Positions 31,082-41,067 of a stretch of 64,000 bases of DNA are shown piece by piece (position 1 is the stretch's first letter; each line of letters begins with the position of its first letter). The notes under the pieces are model-generated. The model saw only the letters and a program-made list of their open reading frames with translations. It did no database searches and was not told where the DNA came from. The DNA lies in assembly GCA_963677925.2 (NCBI GenBank), contig CAXXYH010000003.1, positions 1,568,001 through 1,632,000 on the forward strand, written 5' to 3'. A program made the position numbers and the translations under genes. The DNA is from Spirochaetia bacterium (GTDB lineage: Bacteria > Spirochaetota > Spirochaetia > UBA9216).

Positions 31082-31761
31082 TTACCAACCTCTTCAGTTA
31101 TCTCAGCCTTATAACCTATCCCGCGGACTGCAACAATTTCAATTTCATTAAACATCTTTAATCTGTTTCTAAGTCTGCTTACATGGGTTTTAACAGTGTC
31201 TTCACCGCTTTCGGTAGTAAAACCCCAGATATCATCAAGCAGCTGATTTTTTGTAAAGATCTGCCCCTTGTATGAAAGCAGCTTGAACAGCAGGTCAAAT
31301 TCCTTCTTTGATAATTCAATCTTCTGCTCATTATTTGAAACAGTGTAGGTTGACGAATCTATTACAAGCTCCCCTTCGATAATTTTATTACTTACAGCTA
31401 TATTTGATCGGCGTAGAAGCGCTTTTATCCGCCAGACAAGTTCCTCGGGATCAACAGGTTTTGTCAGAAAATCATCAGTACCCTTTGAAAAACCCGTCCT
31501 TTTTGCATCAAACGACTGATTGGCTGTCAGAATAATAACAGGGAACTGAAACCCGAGCTTTCTGATATTCTGGAGCAGTGTAAAACCGTCCATTACAGGC
31601 ATTTCAATATCAGCAATCAGAAGATCAATCGAACGCGATCGAATTATTTCAAGCGCCTGCGCACCATCCGGTGAGCTTATCACATTAAAATTGGACCTCA
31701 GTTTTCGACTTATCAGAAGCTGAACATTCTCATCATCTTCAGCAAAAAGGATGGTTGCCAT
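31078..31761 (-). CDS. OmpR family response regulator
   Basis: AEDD, DIEMPVMDG, KP, wHTH VKTHVSRLR, RGIGYK. Confidence 0.93.
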   Translation of the reverse strand: MATILFAEDDENVQLLISRKLRSNFNVISSPDGAQALEIIRSRSIDLLIADIEMPVMDGFTLLQNIRKLGFQFPVIILTANQSFDAKRTGFSKGTDDFLTKPVDPEELVWRIKALLRRSNIAVSNKIIEGELVIDSSTYTVSNNEQKIELSKKEFDLLFKLLSYKGQIFTKNQLLDDIWGFTTESGEDTVKTHVSRLRNRLKMFNEIEIVAVRGIGYKAEITEEVGK

Positions 31762-31831
31762 CTTAAAAACTCCGGAGCAAGATTATTATACATAATAGAA
31801 TCTTATCTCCGGAACCACAAGATGACTATTG

Positions 31832-32695
31832 TTATACAGCTACTTTGTTCTTTTTCAATTTCAGGCCATCAACCGAGTTCATTATACCGCCGTGGTTTGC
31901 AGCCATGACTTTACTGATCATAGCGGCAGCCTTCAAGGGAGCTAACCTGTAAAGAATATCCATCATTTTGGCATCGGATCCGACAAGGACCTTGGCCTTG
32001 TTCTTCCCGATTGCACTGATAATAATTGCTGCGGCTTCTTCAGGTTTTGTAAGGGATACCCCCGCCTTTTTCTTGGCTTCCTCGCTTATTTCAGCATTCT
32101 CAAGACCTGAGTTTTTCTTGATATCAGTCTCTATACCGCCCGGTATCACAAGAGATACCCCTATTGCGGTTTTGGAAAGTTCCATCCTCAGAGCCTCTGT
32201 CGCAATCTTTACAGCAGCCTTTGATGCCCCGTAGACGGCCTGCCCTGGAACAGGAAGAAATCCGCCCATGCTTGAAACATTCGCGATATGGCCTTCAGGT
32301 CTTTCTGCTATATATGGGAGAAATGCCCTGACCATATTCATCATTCCGTAAAAATTAATATTTAACTGCCGTTCTATCTGGGAATCCTCAATGTCTGCAA
32401 GGGTCATAAAGGGCTGAATTATTCCGGCATTATTAATCAGACCATCAATTTGACCGTGAACTTCATTGATTTCAGCGGCAAGATTGCTAACCCTGAACTT
32501 ATCTGTTATATCAGCAGTATGAATTGATACTTTGCCGGAATCAATACCTGCAGCCATTTTGGTTTGTTCAAGTGCGTTTCTGTTGATATCAATGGCAGCA
32601 ACCCTTGCGCCCTTTTTAAGCAGCTGAAGAACCAGCTGCCTTCCTACTCCGCCGCCTGCTCCTGTTACTGCTATTACCTTATTATTTAATTTCAT
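31832..32695 (-). CDS. Short-chain dehydrogenase/reductase
   Basis: TGAGGGVG, NNAGI, SSMGG, YGASK. Confidence 0.92.
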   Translation of the reverse strand: MKLNNKVIAVTGAGGGVGRQLVLQLLKKGARVAAIDINRNALEQTKMAAGIDSGKVSIHTADITDKFRVSNLAAEINEVHGQIDGLINNAGIIQPFMTLADIEDSQIERQLNINFYGMMNMVRAFLPYIAERPEGHIANVSSMGGFLPVPGQAVYGASKAAVKIATEALRMELSKTAIGVSLVIPGGIETDIKKNSGLENAEISEEAKKKAGVSLTKPEEAAAIIISAIGKNKAKVLVGSDAKMMDILYRLAPLKAAAMISKVMAANHGGIMNSVDGLKLKKNKVAV

Positions 32696-32864
32696 TGTCG
32701 TACTCCTTTATGCGGCTTACCGCTTAATCTTTGTTACAATGGTAATTTAGAAAAAAAAGGTAACAATAAAGTAAACTTTTGATTTTTTTTAAAGTTTTTT
32801 TAAAATCTTGAGATTTGATATCAGACTTTCAATTTAATATAATTCGGATATACAAGGAGTAAAA

Positions 32865-33992
32865 TTGACGGAAGTCTGGCTTAAAACTATTATCAATATA
32901 ATCTGCTCTCAATTTGCAGTCCTTATGTTTGCAAAAATAGAGAACAAAAAAGAGAATAATCACCATGATTACAGATTATTCAAGATAATGCTTCTCACAA
33001 TCATAGTCCTGCTGCTCCTCCATTCTCTGACTTTATTTACCAACGGTTCAAAAGAAGCCCCTGGGAAAATAATCCTGCAGGCATCTGTTTTCCTGCTCTT
33101 TCCGGCAGCAGGCTTTCTTGCCATGATCTATGCGATATATATGGAAAAAATCATAAAAACAGTTAAACGACGTTTCAGATACTGGCTATTTCTCTATACC
33201 ATTCCTTTAATTATTATCACAGGCCTCTGCGTTGCCTCCGAATTTACCCACTGGTTTTTCACCTTTGATGATGAGGGTTATTTCCATCAGGGGCGTTTTT
33301 TCTATATACCGATAATCATCTCATTCGGATACGTAATCACTGCACTGTTCAGGGTTATATCGCAAAGAAAAAATATGAATATCAGGGAATATTCAGACCT
33401 GGTCGCAATGCCTGTTCCAATGATTGTGACAGGAACACTGCAGAGTTTTTTTCCTGAATTTCCAATTCTACTCCCGGGATGCGTGCTGACACTTTTTCTT
33501 GTATTTTCAATCATACAGGATAGACGGCTTTCCTTTGATCATCTGACAGGTGCATACAACAGACAGAAACTGGATGAATACCTGGAGTTGATGTCTGGAA
33601 ACTCCACAGCATCAGGAAAAAACTTTGCGGCTATGCTTGCGGATGTAAATAAATTCAAGTTTATCAATGATACCTATGGGCACCTACAGGGAGATCTTGC
33701 CCTTATTGAGGTAGTAAAAACCATTAGAAGCGGTATAAGGAATATTGATTTCCTGGCCAGGTATGCAGGTGATGAATTTGTTGTAATATTTCCTGACTGC
33801 AATGAACAACAGCTCAATTCGATTATTTCTAGAATAAATCAGAATTTCAGTCTGATTGCCGCAAAAAATACAAAATACAAACTATCCATAAGCATCGGTG
33901 CAGATGTATATAATCATGAAGTTTTTAAGAATCCGGAGCATTTCATAGAACATCTTGATGCACTGATGTATAAATCCAAACATAAAAACTGA
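32865..33992 (+). CDS. Membrane-anchored diguanylate cyclase-like protein (AGDEF)
   Basis: Multi-TM N-terminus; DHLTGAYNR, FKFINDTYGHLQGD, ARYAGDEF. Confidence 0.88.
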   Translation: MTEVWLKTIINIICSQFAVLMFAKIENKKENNHHDYRLFKIMLLTIIVLLLLHSLTLFTNGSKEAPGKIILQASVFLLFPAAGFLAMIYAIYMEKIIKTVKRRFRYWLFLYTIPLIIITGLCVASEFTHWFFTFDDEGYFHQGRFFYIPIIISFGYVITALFRVISQRKNMNIREYSDLVAMPVPMIVTGTLQSFFPEFPILLPGCVLTLFLVFSIIQDRRLSFDHLTGAYNRQKLDEYLELMSGNSTASGKNFAAMLADVNKFKFINDTYGHLQGDLALIEVVKTIRSGIRNIDFLARYAGDEFVVIFPDCNEQQLNSIISRINQNFSLIAAKNTKYKLSISIGADVYNHEVFKNPEHFIEHLDALMYKSKHKN

Positions 33993-34100
33993 AACTTGAG
34001 AGTAAATACTCAATTTTTTTTCTCACACCGAAAAACAGACGATATACTTAGAACTGATTATTTTTGGAAGAAAATATAAATGTCGCGGAAAGCAGAAAGA

Positions 34101-34132
34101 TGGCATCATAATTCTATAGAATTATGATGCCA
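34101..34132. repeat. Perfect 32-bp palindrome between convergent genes (probable terminator)
   Basis: tggcatcataattcta|tagaattatgatgcca, no spacer. Confidence 0.75.
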
Positions 34133-34157
34133 AAAAAATAGATTGGAGTTAAAACCG

Positions 34158-34838
34158 CTAAAAGGCAAGCTTATATCCCGCATTAAGAATGATATTACGT
34201 CTGGCATAAAGCGAGACAGGCTCACCATTAGTCGCTTCCATTTTGGTTGATGAGAAATCAAAAAGATACCTCATATCCAGCACAACAAATCCAGGGCCTG
34301 CTTTTATATTGCCTGTTACACCTGCGGTTCCGCCAAATATCGGAGAAATGCCTTTAAGCTGTGATGTAAGTTCTGCTGAAGTAATCATTCCTGCAAGCGG
34401 TATAGAAATATAAGGACCCATATAGTAGTCAAGGATCCATACATCTGAAACCTTAGACTCCATACCAAACAAAACGGGAATATCGATTGTGGACACCGAA
34501 ACTTCACAGAGTGAATCATTCGAAATTCCTATAGTTTCATCTTCATAAGTAAAATGAAAGCCATTACCTACACCATTATTAAAAAGCATCCCTGCTTCGG
34601 GTCGAATAAAAAAGCCACCTGACTCACTTCCAAAAGTGATCTGCGATGAAATCAAAAAACCGGGAATGATATTCATATTATCATCACTGGCACCATAGAT
34701 ATCATCGAACTCACCGGTTCGCACTGAACCGACACCGGAACCGAAACTGCCGTTGATTCCCAGACTGACATCTGCAAAGGCTGTACCGCCTATGACCAGT
34801 ATTGCAATTAACAAAGTAATTATTTTTGTGTGTTTCAT
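34158..34838 (-). CDS. Outer-membrane beta-barrel protein (PorT-like)
   Basis: Signal peptide, amphipathic strands (IDIPVL, GPYISIP, LDMRY), C-terminal AGYKLAF. Confidence 0.7.
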   Translation of the reverse strand: MKHTKIITLLIAILVIGGTAFADVSLGINGSFGSGVGSVRTGEFDDIYGASDDNMNIIPGFLISSQITFGSESGGFFIRPEAGMLFNNGVGNGFHFTYEDETIGISNDSLCEVSVSTIDIPVLFGMESKVSDVWILDYYMGPYISIPLAGMITSAELTSQLKGISPIFGGTAGVTGNIKAGPGFVVLDMRYLFDFSSTKMEATNGEPVSLYARRNIILNAGYKLAF

Positions 34839-34854
34839 TAGTTTATCCTATTAA

Positions 34855-35388
34855 TTATGAATTGGACTGAAGATTAAAGGCTTTCTCACAAACTGTGTAA
34901 AGGACTTCATATTGATTATCAACGAGGGGTGTAATTGTTTCAATTTTTCTGTTGCGTATCTTAATGAAGAGAAAATACGGTAATACCCACCCGGCGAACG
35001 CAGGAACAGCAAGCAGAATAGTAAGAATTATATATCCCGCAAGATAAGCAAATACCGAACCGGCCATAAATGCAGAACCGGCAATTCCAACAGTATATGC
35101 AGCAGTGCTTGCTGATACATATTTAGACTGTTCAAGATGCTGAATATCTTTTACACATGACTCAAATTGTCTTTGAAGTCTGGTAATCTCCATCTTTTTA
35201 CCAATTTTACGATCTCTCTTAAATCTTAAGACAGTGTATAAAAGACCCTTGCTTGAGTGGGAAACATTTTCAATATTCCATCCGAAGTTCTGATAGTTAT
35301 CGATGTAAAGGTGTTCAATATCACGCCTTACCGTTACATCCTTGTATTCATAACCGACGAAGGTTGCTGAGCTATTCGTTTCATTCAT
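34855..35388 (-). CDS. Conserved hypothetical membrane protein
   Basis: FVGYEYK..YIDNYQNFGW..FKRDRK soluble part, two C-terminal TMs; RBS AGGAG. Confidence 0.7.
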   Translation of the reverse strand: MNETNSSATFVGYEYKDVTVRRDIEHLYIDNYQNFGWNIENVSHSSKGLLYTVLRFKRDRKIGKKMEITRLQRQFESCVKDIQHLEQSKYVSASTAAYTVGIAGSAFMAGSVFAYLAGYIILTILLAVPAFAGWVLPYFLFIKIRNRKIETITPLVDNQYEVLYTVCEKAFNLQSNS

Positions 35389-35451
35389 GTTTAATCTCCT
35401 ATGATGTATTAATTTATTGATTCTACACTCAAGAAAATAAACCGGTGATAT

Positions 35452-35479
35452 TTATGATTTACTTATGAAATATTGCTGA
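35452..35479. promoter_or_regulatory. 11-bp-period direct repeats (OmpR-type site)
   Basis: TTATGA (35452), TTATGA (35463), TGCTGA (35474) upstream of the 35388 gene, next to an OmpR pair. Confidence 0.45.
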
Positions 35480-35499
35480 AATGTTAAACTTTAAATTTT

Positions 35500-36567
35500 T
35501 TATCGATTTATGGAGATCATAAAAGTTGAGCCCTTATTCAGTTCGCTTTGTACAGTAATTGTTCCATTAATAATTTCTATTACCCTATACACAAGCGACA
35601 GACCAAGCCCATTACCTTCCTGAGAGCGGGAAGAATCCCCCTGATAGAACTTGTCGAAAATATGACTTAATGTTTTTTCATCCATCCCGCAGCCGTTATC
35701 AGAGATAGATATTTCAACATGCTCATCAAAACTCACCTGCGTCAACTTTATAACTCCATGCTCGTCTGTAAACTTCACTGCATTGGAAAACAGGTTATTC
35801 CACACCAGTTCCAGAATGGTTTTATCCGCATTTATAATACAGCGTTCCTCTATGGAGGTCTCAAGTCTTATCTTTTTAAGATCAAGTATATCTTCAAAAT
35901 TTAAGGCGCACTCACAAAGTTGACGACAGAGATCAAATGATTCTGCAGCCGGTCTGATTTCCTGATTCTCCAGCTTATTTAGCCGGAGTATATTTGAAAC
36001 CAGCTCAGTCAGTCTTTTAGATGCTGTTATAATAGTTTCTGTATAATCGCTTCTTTCGGCTTCTGAAAGATCATGCTTTTGCAGCGCTGTTGCGTAACTT
36101 TGAATTACAGAAAGAGGTGATTTAATTTCATGAGATACATTTGAAATAAAATCATTTTTAAGGGTTTCTATTGTTCCAAGCTCCTCTACCATTTTATTAA
36201 AATCTTCGAAAAGCACATCTATATAATCATATTTATCAGGAGAATGTACAGTTTCAAGATAAACAGAGAAATCTCCTGAAGCTACATTTTCTGCCGCATT
36301 ACTCAAACGCTTAAGAGGCATGTCATAACGTTTATTCTTCTGCGTAGTCGTGATTATAAAAAAAACTAAAGTAACAATACCCCAATACCCAAGCATTCCG
36401 GCAATAAAAGCTGGTGGTGCATTCTCAAGATCAACATATTCATAAAATATCATAAACTGTCCGGCAGACAAAACAAGTAAAATCAGATATGTAAAAAGAT
36501 ATTCAATCCAGGGAAAATATTTTCGTTTTATCCTGGAATCTATTGATGAAGACTTATTTTCAATCAT
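35500..36567 (-). CDS. HAMP-domain sensor histidine kinase
   Basis: SHEIKSPL, NLFSNAVKF, DNGCG, GNGLGL. Confidence 0.93.
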   Translation of the reverse strand: MIENKSSSIDSRIKRKYFPWIEYLFTYLILLVLSAGQFMIFYEYVDLENAPPAFIAGMLGYWGIVTLVFFIITTTQKNKRYDMPLKRLSNAAENVASGDFSVYLETVHSPDKYDYIDVLFEDFNKMVEELGTIETLKNDFISNVSHEIKSPLSVIQSYATALQKHDLSEAERSDYTETIITASKRLTELVSNILRLNKLENQEIRPAAESFDLCRQLCECALNFEDILDLKKIRLETSIEERCIINADKTILELVWNNLFSNAVKFTDEHGVIKLTQVSFDEHVEISISDNGCGMDEKTLSHIFDKFYQGDSSRSQEGNGLGLSLVYRVIEIINGTITVQSELNKGSTFMISINR

Positions 36568-37235
36568 TCAATCACCGCTTTATACCCAAGCCCATGAACA
36601 GTTATGATTTTAAAATCGGAACATGAAGAAAATTTATCCCGTAATTTTGTTATATAAACATCAACAGCTCTCAAGCTTGTATCACCATCGGAATCCCAGA
36701 ACTCATCTATAAGCTGTGCTCTGGAAAATGTTTTTTTGGGATAGGACAATAGTTTATACAGGATATTAAACTCCCGGAATGTAACAGGAATTTCAATATC
36801 ATTTACCTGCGCTGATACAGCATCAGCATCCAATACCAGAGACTGGAGTACTATTTTTCTTTCTGCTTTTATATTGGAACGCCTTAACAGTGCACTGACT
36901 CTCAATACAAGTTCATTCATATCAATGGGCTTAACCATGTAATCATCTATACCTGCATTAAATCCCCGTTGTTTTGATACAAAATCATCTTTTGCCGATA
37001 CAAAAAGCATTGGAATTGTCTCATTTACAGCTCTTACCGCTTTAGCAAATTCAAAACCGTCTATTTCTGGCATCATTATATCGGATATTATCAAATCAAA
37101 CATTTTAGTGTTCATTCTGTTATAAGCTTCAACAGGATTCAGACAGCCCTCTGATGAATAACCATTTTCATCCATATAAGTACAAATCAACCGGTTAAGT
37201 TTTATATCATCTTCAACTACAAGAATATTTATCAA
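36564..37235 (-). CDS. OmpR family response regulator
   Basis: VEDD, DIMMPEIDG, VDVYITKLR, HGLGYK. Confidence 0.93.
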   Translation of the reverse strand: MINILVVEDDIKLNRLICTYMDENGYSSEGCLNPVEAYNRMNTKMFDLIISDIMMPEIDGFEFAKAVRAVNETIPMLFVSAKDDFVSKQRGFNAGIDDYMVKPIDMNELVLRVSALLRRSNIKAERKIVLQSLVLDADAVSAQVNDIEIPVTFREFNILYKLLSYPKKTFSRAQLIDEFWDSDGDTSLRAVDVYITKLRDKFSSCSDFKIITVHGLGYKAVIE

Positions 37236-37366
37236 AAGATGCTCCTTATAATAACTAAAGAATGACTTGTTATAATAAATCTATTTGCTGATTAAATTCT
37301 ATTCGACAGAAAGGATATTTTTTATATATTTCCGTAATAATTCTGAAATGTTTCTGTTTTGTTAAT

Positions 37367-37397
37367 AAAAAAGGCAGATCAATCAACCGGATCTGCC
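37367..37397 (-). terminator. Rho-independent terminator after the SDR
   Basis: ggcagatc-N9-gatctgcc followed by TTTTTT on the minus strand. Confidence 0.75.
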
Positions 37398-37415
37398 AGA
37401 ATTTATATTTATATT

Positions 37416-38309
37416 TTACTTTTGAATCATCAGTCGTGTTCCGCCGTCAACTACAACAACTTCTCCGTCCATGAACGAGGTTACACCTGTACACATCATG
37501 TAAACAACACGGGCTACATCATCAGGATCTGCAACAGGAGCTTTAACCGCCTGTGTCCTTTTTTCCTTCGCTGAATCTGTAGCGTCCATATTCATTGCTC
37601 CAGTTGTAAGCATTCCAGCCGGTGCCACACAGTTGACAGTAATGCCTGCAGGTTTTAATTCACGGGCTAAAGACTGAGAAATACCGACAACCCCGGACTT
37701 GGCTGCTACATAAGGAGAGAGGCATCCGGCGGAAGATTCCATTGAAATTCCGGCTACTGATGCAACATTAACAATATGGCCGCCTGTACCCTGTTTTATC
37801 ATTTGCCTCGCAGCCGCCTGATCAAAGAAAAAGGTTCCTTTTAAACCGGTATCCACGACTAGATCATAATCTTCTTCATCAATATCAACAAATTCTTCCA
37901 TCCTCCAGTGAGCAGCATTACTCACCAGAATATCAAGCTTTCCGAACTCTTTTACTGTAAAATCAACTGCTTCATTTATCTGTTTAACATCCCGGACATC
38001 TGCCTTAAAGAATTTCACATCAAAGCCCTTTCCGGAAAAAAACTCTATGGCAATCTCTGCATATTCTTTTGCAATATCAACTATCATGACCTTTGCACCG
38101 GCTTCACACAGTCTGTTGACAATACAGGCGCCCAGCCCCATTGCGCCTCCTGTGACCACCGCGACCTTCCCGCTCAGGCTTAAAATTTCTGCCATAGGGA
38201 CAGCATTTGCCAGTCCGGCCATTTTTATTCCCGGAGCGGCTTCCATTCCCCTCACATCCACACCAAGCAGACGTTTAAAACCTTCATGAAATTTGTCCAA
38301 TTCCTTCAT
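37416..38309 (-). CDS. Short-chain dehydrogenase/reductase with N-terminal extension
   Basis: TGGAMGLG, SNAA, ASVAG, YVAAK, VDGG. Confidence 0.9.
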   Translation of the reverse strand: MKELDKFHEGFKRLLGVDVRGMEAAPGIKMAGLANAVPMAEILSLSGKVAVVTGGAMGLGACIVNRLCEAGAKVMIVDIAKEYAEIAIEFFSGKGFDVKFFKADVRDVKQINEAVDFTVKEFGKLDILVSNAAHWRMEEFVDIDEEDYDLVVDTGLKGTFFFDQAAARQMIKQGTGGHIVNVASVAGISMESSAGCLSPYVAAKSGVVGISQSLARELKPAGITVNCVAPAGMLTTGAMNMDATDSAKEKRTQAVKAPVADPDDVARVVYMMCTGVTSFMDGEVVVVDGGTRLMIQK

Positions 38310-38367
38310 TAAATTCTCCTGTCTATTTTATTTTGAAATTATAGGGTTATGAATTCTTAACTTGAAA

Positions 38368-38383
38368 TACATAAATTTATGCA
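38368..38383. promoter_or_regulatory. 7-2-7 operator copy upstream of the SDR
   Basis: TACATAA-AT-TTATGCA; -10 TATAAT at 38343-38338 (24-bp gap). Confidence 0.8.
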
Positions 38384-38409
38384 TTAAAACTTTTTATTAA
38401 TCTGATAAC

Positions 38410-38449
38410 AAAAACAGCCGGCTGCATAATTTTACAGTCGGCTATTTTT
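38410..38449 (-). terminator. Terminator after the PanB-like gene
   Basis: aaaaacagccggctg-N10-cagtcggctattttt hairpin with A/T tails. Confidence 0.7.
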
Positions 38450-38490
38450 AACTCTTCTGATGTATAATGAATTATTATTCTTATATCTTA

Positions 38491-39378
38491 TTATACTTTT
38501 TCTATTGCATTCAAAAATTTCTCCAGCTCTCTATCTTCCATATGAAATCCATGCTTATCTTCAGGATACGCTCCTGTTCGTACATCATTAGCCCATGCAC
38601 CATATGCAGTTGCTGCCCATTTGAAAAAGTCTCCATAAACCTTTGCATGTGAAGCGAGTGACGGCATCATATTAAAAGTATCAAAATCGACCATCTCGCA
38701 GCCATCTGCAGCTCCGCCTGCTGCGATTGAAATCACAGGAACTCTCAGCTTTTTTGCTATGGCATTAGTTACTTCTATGGGGGTTAATTCTATTGTCATA
38801 GCCATCATTCCATTCTCCTGATATTCATAAGCCATTCTGAAAACTTCCATAGCTTCTTCAGCGGTCTTACCCATTCTTTTATATCCACCGTGTCTGCTTG
38901 TCTGCCATCCGGATAAAGCTCCTACATGACCAAAAACAACCAGGTGGTTGTCTGCCATATATTTAAGTGTATCGTTATTTATTCCCATTGGAAGTAATGA
39001 GTCTGCACCTTCGGCCATATACATTGCACCATATTCAAGAGCCTTTTCTTTTGATGAAAAAGTAGGAGTCTGCATATAAAAATTAATATGAATAAATTTG
39101 GCTGCATTTCTTACAGTTCTAATCCACCATGGTGCGTTTGCTATAGACATAAGTGTATTTTCTGCGGGAACCGTCAAACGGCATATATCACAGCCCGCCA
39201 TTTCTGCCGCCATTGTAAAGTACTGATCGCGGTTGGCAGGGCACATCTGCACTATTGGAGTTCCTTCATCTTTACATTTCTGAAGATATGCAATTGATTT
39301 TCGGCCTTTCTGCATCAGCGAAGCTTTAACTTTTTTATCTTCCTTATTTATTTCGACTTCCTTCTTTTCCTCTGCCAT
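38491..39378 (-). CDS. Divergent PanB-fold (ketopantoate hydroxymethyltransferase-like) protein
   Basis: GHVG, GGYKRMGKT, IELTP, VPVISIAAG..ADG, DVRTGAYP match PanB; the GDS and K.EG metal/substrate motifs are absent. Confidence 0.75.
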   Translation of the reverse strand: MAEEKKEVEINKEDKKVKASLMQKGRKSIAYLQKCKDEGTPIVQMCPANRDQYFTMAAEMAGCDICRLTVPAENTLMSIANAPWWIRTVRNAAKFIHINFYMQTPTFSSKEKALEYGAMYMAEGADSLLPMGINNDTLKYMADNHLVVFGHVGALSGWQTSRHGGYKRMGKTAEEAMEVFRMAYEYQENGMMAMTIELTPIEVTNAIAKKLRVPVISIAAGGAADGCEMVDFDTFNMMPSLASHAKVYGDFFKWAATAYGAWANDVRTGAYPEDKHGFHMEDRELEKFLNAIEKV

Positions 39379-39462
39379 AACAGCTCTCCTTATAATCCAA
39401 AGATTAATATCTTAAATTCGTTAAACCGAATGGTTAACCTGAAAATTTTTATCATTCAGCAT

Positions 39463-39969
39463 TTACTTATAGACAGCGTTTGAACAGATTAAATCAATTG
39501 CTTTTCTTATTTGAAGATCATTTTTTATTGGAGTCAGCTCCTTACCCATAAAATCTATGACCATTTCTAAACTAATATTCTGCCTATGTGCTATCCGGCA
39601 GGCTTCATCTAAAAGTTCAGATTCCGCTGCAAAAATTTTTTCACTTGAAATAATTCCCTGCAGCAGAATTTCTGTTTTTACAGTTTTATAAGCCTCATTT
39701 CTGAATTCTTCTTCTTTTTCATTCCAATCGTAATTTAAAAAATCTTCATTTATTTCATAAGACATACTCTGATATCTCATTCTGCATTTAGCTTCGGTCA
39801 AAATAGTCTGGAATTCTTCCGCCACTGTCTCAGCAGGAACATCAAAATCGTTAGCCTCAAGAACAAGATCAATCAGAATTCCCTGAAGTCTTCTGTCGGT
39901 CTTAGCTGACTCGCAGTTAATGTTCAAGTGCCTGGCATCTACACCCAGATAATTTTTAACAGTTGCCAT
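39463..39969 (-). CDS. Trigger-factor C-terminal-domain-only chaperone-like protein
   Basis: NDFDVPAETV, EAYKTVKTEILLQGI, KAIDLI resemble the TF C-domain; no ribosome-binding or FKBP domain. ATG at 39969 with GGAG RBS. Confidence 0.65.
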   Translation of the reverse strand: MATVKNYLGVDARHLNINCESAKTDRRLQGILIDLVLEANDFDVPAETVAEEFQTILTEAKCRMRYQSMSYEINEDFLNYDWNEKEEEFRNEAYKTVKTEILLQGIISSEKIFAAESELLDEACRIAHRQNISLEMVIDFMGKELTPIKNDLQIRKAIDLICSNAVYK

Positions 39970-40028
39970 CTTCCAGTCTCCGTGCACAAGTTACAGGAAA
40001 TGATAACTCCGGCATGAGCTGACGTAAA

Positions 40029-40044
40029 TACATAGATTTATGCA
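40029..40044. promoter_or_regulatory. 7-2-7 operator copy upstream of the TF-like/PanB-like genes
   Basis: TACATAG-AT-TTATGCA; -10 TATCAT at 40005-40000 (23-bp gap). Confidence 0.8.
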
Positions 40045-40089
40045 ATTATTTGCATCATTTGAGAAATGATTTAAATTGTAAAATATAAT

Positions 40090-40872
40090 TTATATTTCTG
40101 GAGAAATTCCGTAGCGAATCAATTTCAGAATAAGCTCCTGTCTTGAAGACACTTTAAGCTTAAGATGAATATTGGCAATGTGCCTATAGATTGTCGAGAC
40201 ACTTATAAAAAAGCGATCACTTATCTGGCCCGGAGACAAGCCTTCGCAGATAAGTCTTGCGATCTCTCTTTCCCTTTTTGAAAGTATACCTTCAAGCTCT
40301 TCAACCTTATTCTCATTATGAACTGAGAGCATCACATGCATATTTCTGAAAAGATTTTCCAGGTGTGGATATACAGCCTTCATAATACCGATTTCAGTTT
40401 TGTTAAAACTACAGCGGCCCACACGATCCAGGGCAAATACGCACCTTACAAAATCATCATTTGCATGCAGGGTAAACCCTGCACTGTATGAGATTCCCTG
40501 TGGTTTAATATAATCTTTTAAAAACTCATCTTCATAATGACTCGTCCAGTCTTTAATTCCGACATCAAAGTTTTTTTTATAATCAGCAATATTATCTTTG
40601 ATTTTCAAAACTGAATATTTTCCATTTTCAACTTTTGAATAATAATCAAGATAGGCATCTGTCCATTGTTTATCTGCCCCTATCTGGCAGACATCCTGAA
40701 TATTTCCATTGACGTTTAAAAAAAATATTCTGGCCTGTTCAAAAGGAACAAGTTCATAAATGTTTTCGATAGATTTATTTATAAAGGCTTTAGGTTCTCT
40801 TTCATTACCTGTTTTAAGGAGATAATTGCTAATACTGGCCCAGGGTAATTCTTCTGAATATTTATGTACCAT
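40090..40872 (-). CDS. LuxR-family regulator (GAF/autoinducer-like N-domain + HTH), paralogue 1
   Basis: LSKREREIARLICEGLS..QIS..FFISVSTIYRHIANI.LKL.VSSR. Confidence 0.9.
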   Translation of the reverse strand: MVHKYSEELPWASISNYLLKTGNEREPKAFINKSIENIYELVPFEQARIFFLNVNGNIQDVCQIGADKQWTDAYLDYYSKVENGKYSVLKIKDNIADYKKNFDVGIKDWTSHYEDEFLKDYIKPQGISYSAGFTLHANDDFVRCVFALDRVGRCSFNKTEIGIMKAVYPHLENLFRNMHVMLSVHNENKVEELEGILSKREREIARLICEGLSPGQISDRFFISVSTIYRHIANIHLKLKVSSRQELILKLIRYGISPEI

Positions 40873-40971
40873 AAATAAATCTCTTTTCTTTATGAAGCCT
40901 GAAAGTACCGTACAACAAGTAAATAATAAATGCCTTACCGCTTATTATATATTATTTATGCCGACAGTATA

Positions 40972-40987
40972 TACATAATTTTATGTA
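40972..40987. promoter_or_regulatory. 7-2-7 operator copy upstream of LuxR paralogue 1
   Basis: TACATAA-TT-TTATGTA (perfect arms, flanked by gacagta...tactgtc); -10 TATAAT at 40949-40944 (22-bp gap). Confidence 0.82.
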
Positions 40988-41021
40988 GTACTGTCTTAAA
41001 AACGTAAAGTTAGGCCAATTT

Positions 41022-41051
41022 AAAAGGCAGATAAGTAAATATCCGCCTTTT
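41022..41051 (-). terminator. Terminator after the 407-aa gene
   Basis: aaaaggcggata-N6-tatctgcctttt on the minus strand. Confidence 0.7.
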
Positions 41052-41067
41052 AACAATTTCTGCATTT

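Noticed and set aside
38423-38438. Sixth operator copy (TGCATAATTTTACAGT)
   Set aside because: Only one half-site matches, it sits inside a terminator hairpin, and no -10 box was identified at the conserved spacing.
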